Positions 60,782-64,000 of a stretch of DNA of 64,000 bases are shown in pieces. The DNA is from Macrostomum lignano (taxonomy: Eukaryota). The translations under genes and the position numbers were made by a program. The stretch lies in assembly GCA_002269645.1 (NCBI GenBank), contig NIVC01001183.1, positions 186,001 through 250,000 on the forward strand, written 5' to 3'. The notes below the pieces were generated by a model. That model saw only the letters and a program-made list of their open reading frames with translations. It was not told the origin of the DNA and did not search any database. The first letter of the stretch is position 1; each line of letters begins with the position of its first letter.

Positions 60782-63735
60782 TTCATTTAAATTGAAAAAT
60801 AATTTTATTAAATAATCACTACTTTATATTACAATTGCCAAGAATCTATAATAAATGAATCCCCCCACACTATTTTCTTATTCATTTGAAACAAACCATA
60901 GTCCTAAAAGAATCATTGTCTTTGCTCAACAAATTATTTATAAACCTATAGGCCCTACAACAGGTTTAATATTTGGTTGTCAAGAATATTCTTGCAGTTT
61001 CTAGAACCTTCCTCCAAACTGAGTTTTTTTTAATATGGAAGGGCTTTCATTTAAGAAACAAAGTAACTGCAATCCGAATCAATCACCTGCCATTTCAGGC
61101 AGGGATATAATGCCATCAAGCCCATCATCAGCGTAGAATTTAGTTCATAGACCTACTCATTAACATTCTAGTGATTGCTTGCTAACTAAAGTTACTTTTA
61201 AGATGGACAGTCAACACGAACACAATAAAATCCAATAGCACAGAACACAAGCTGTTTAAGCTGTTATGCAGGTTAGCTAAGCATTTAGTAAAATAGCTAA
61301 CGATGTAGCGACGTGCAAAACAAAAATGATTCTTTTTCTGAGAAGCAATTTAACTGTTTAGCATACAATTTGGTCAGAAATTAAAAACATGTGTTAGTTA
61401 AAACGAAATATTTAAAAGAAAATAAAAAATACTGCCAAAATAGATAAACCAGGGATGAATTCATAACTGAAACAGTTTTTTAATACTTTGTGCATGCTGG
61501 CGTTTAATTTTAGTGATAATGGAGTAAAAAGTAAGATTTTCTTCGAAGCAAAGCTATGCACTAATTTAAATTTTTACAATGCAGCATTGGCTTCTAAAAC
61601 TTCTACTTTTTGCGTTTCGGTAACCTACTTCACTATTCTGTTATAGTGGAAGAAAAGTTTTTCAAAACATAGGCTACATTAAGATAAATAATGTATGCAA
61701 CTGAAAATTTTTTTGTTGCTTTCAATGATTATGTATAGGACTTTTCTTTTGATATGCAACAAATGTACTATGTAGTAAAAATTTAGATATGAAGTGAAAT
61801 TCTTTATATGTATTTTTTTAATATTAGACTTCCTTTAGTAGGGCTATTGTATATTTGCATTAGATTTAGAATAAGATTCCATCTTATAATGTTATAACCT
61901 TGAAATTCTAGGATCCTAATAAAAATTAGGATTCTAAATATTCTATTCCAAAAACGAAAAAGTTGATTTTTTCTAACTTTTATATATTTTTAAACATAAG
62001 ATAAGAATCCTAATCCCACCTTGATAATGTTAAAATCCTGGGATCTTAACAGAAATTAGAACTCCAATTCTATCCTATATATAATCATATCCTTGTTTTA
62101 ATAGTTTTGCCCCAACGAAAATTTAGGGCCTAGTATAATAATATTCATATATCTGCGGCTATAGTTAATGCCTAATTAATTTTCTTTATTTTCCTATAAG
62201 TTATGATTTTAGCAACAATTTTTATATCATTCATTAATAGTGTTTATTTATTTTTGCATAAAAATAGTTCTGATTATATTTGTCCTAATATTAAAATTTG
62301 CCTTTATTACCCTAACTATACAATAGGTTTACATGAGGGATAACTATCTATTTGAACTAAGATGGCTTTTAAACTTTCAAAAATTAAATTAAAATAAACA
62401 GTTTATTTAATTTTCAATTTTTAGTATTTATTAGTTTTTATATAAATATTATTATTTTAAATATTGTTTATCAAGTATTTCAATGAACATAAAATATTAT
62501 TTATAGTTAAAGTAAGGTTACTTTTTAGACACTTTGTATCATCAAAAATTTCAGTTGCTTAGTCTTTGACCCTAGAGATTAACCTTTGGACATAAACCAA
62601 ATGCTCAAATGGTGTTTCAAGTAGTCTTAGTTTTTGTATGGCTTATATTACTTTGTATAGGAACTAATGTTTATTCTTATATATATGACCTTATTTGTTT
62701 GCATTTGTTTTATCTCAAAATATTCATTTGTATAATTTAAATTTAATTACACTTAATTATATTTGCATGATTATAATCCAATTGAGCTCCAAGATATAGT
62801 TAAAAGCTAACAATAATAATAATTTATTACACTTTCCCTAATAGGCAGATATGCAACCAATGGCTTAGCTGCAATTATTATATAGTGTATTGGAAAACTG
62901 TTTAGCTCTAGTCCAAAGACAAGAACATTCATACTTTGCACAAGTATGCCAACCCTATGCCATGAATGTCTTCTTTCATTGTACTTTTTATGCTATAATA
63001 TATTGATCTATATATTTCATGATTTAAATAAGCAAGATATATTGAATATTTTTTAAGCATATAAAAAAATAATGTTGTATGGTTACTAAAAGGATTAAAG
63101 GAAGCATCAATTCAATTTTGATAAATATTTTTGTTGAATCAAAAAGACTCTCTTTTTACAACTTTTATTCTATAACAGTTTTATATATAATAGCCTAGTG
63201 CAAAAGGAGCAGCTGCCCTACTTTACAGAGGATAAAAAATTTTTTGAATGACCAAGCAAATGTTGTAAAAGTTCTAACCTTTCTTTGCCTATCAGAGATA
63301 TTATTTTGTATGTTTTTGCTACCTTATAAGCCTATTTGGTAAAGAGACAGTAGATTTATCCTAATTTCTAAACCAAGAGCTGTTGTTTTTTGGCTTATAA
63401 TTCAATGTAGTCATACACTCATTATTGCTTGATAATTTTATAATCTAGTTGAAAACTAGGTTAGACTCTTGTCTCCTTTCATTTTTTGAATATAGTAATA
63501 TATATTTTAAATTCTTATTTCAAATCTTTGTAGAGAGTAAGCAGATCAACTTTAAAAGGATACCCCCCCCTGAGTCTACATGAAGAATGTTTATCATTAG
63601 TACATCTTTAAAATGTACACATTGAGCCTGTAGTATCTTTAGATATGTCAAACTCAACTGAAAGGTCAGGGATTCAATTTCTAACCTACTTGGAAGAAAT
63701 TCAGTGTCTATACTTCTATTAACCCTTTTCACAAA

Positions 63736-64000
63736 TAATAATAATAACTAATTGATTACACCTGCCCTAATAGGCAGATGTGCAACTGACAGCTAGCCAC
63801 AGCAACAGCTATTGCATGGCGCATTTGAAGGCTGCATATGCCTGTTCAGTCAAAGGATTGGGGGGTCACCACACACACACACCCTCAATTATCCCAGCTA
63901 ATGCTGGCACCCATTGGGTGAACTGAAGCAATGCAGAGTTAAGTGTCTTGCTCAAGGATACAAATTGTACCAGTGGGATCGGGAATCGAACCACCGACCT
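63736..64000 (-). mobile_element. Second copy of the CORE-type SINE (head truncated by the window edge)
   Basis: Near-identical to 24230-24420 (GCAATGCAGAGTTAAGTGTCTTG, GATCG.GAATCGAACC) with an (ATT)n tail. Confidence 0.8.

Overview
This is eukaryotic (animal) genomic DNA, not prokaryotic. It has GC-rich coding exons, GT-AG introns and AT-rich intergenic DNA full of decayed transposons. The style (poly-Q/G/A coding, minisatellite-filled introns) resembles free-living flatworms such as Macrostomum, but that is inference only. Genes I could reconstruct by hand: on the - strand, a compact co-oriented cluster of an orphan Ser/Gln-rich ORF, GTF2E1 (4 exons), LYRM4/ISD11 and the first exon of DDX24/Mak5, which runs off the left edge. 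On the + strand, a 13-exon MYCBPAP (about 967 aa) with several candidate alternative first exons, then an NPAT/Mxc orthologue (LisH N-terminus, MDINSFMNSL C-terminus, unexpected C2H2 finger, in-frame retainable repeat intron, one apparent frameshift). On the - strand again, an hnRNP A1/A2-type gene with a probable alternative spliced C-terminus. The dominant non-coding pattern is that nearly every long intron or spacer holds its own distinct 15-60 bp minisatellite, and some arrays visibly sit inside MITEs. Mobile elements include hAT MITEs with 8-bp TSDs, a MULE/foldback element with a 9-bp TSD, a third MITE family (one copy nested in a decayed RTE-like LINE) and two CORE-type tRNA-SINEs. Most long ORFs in the supplied track are artefacts of the tandem repeats. 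No CRISPR, rRNA or intact tRNA gene was found.
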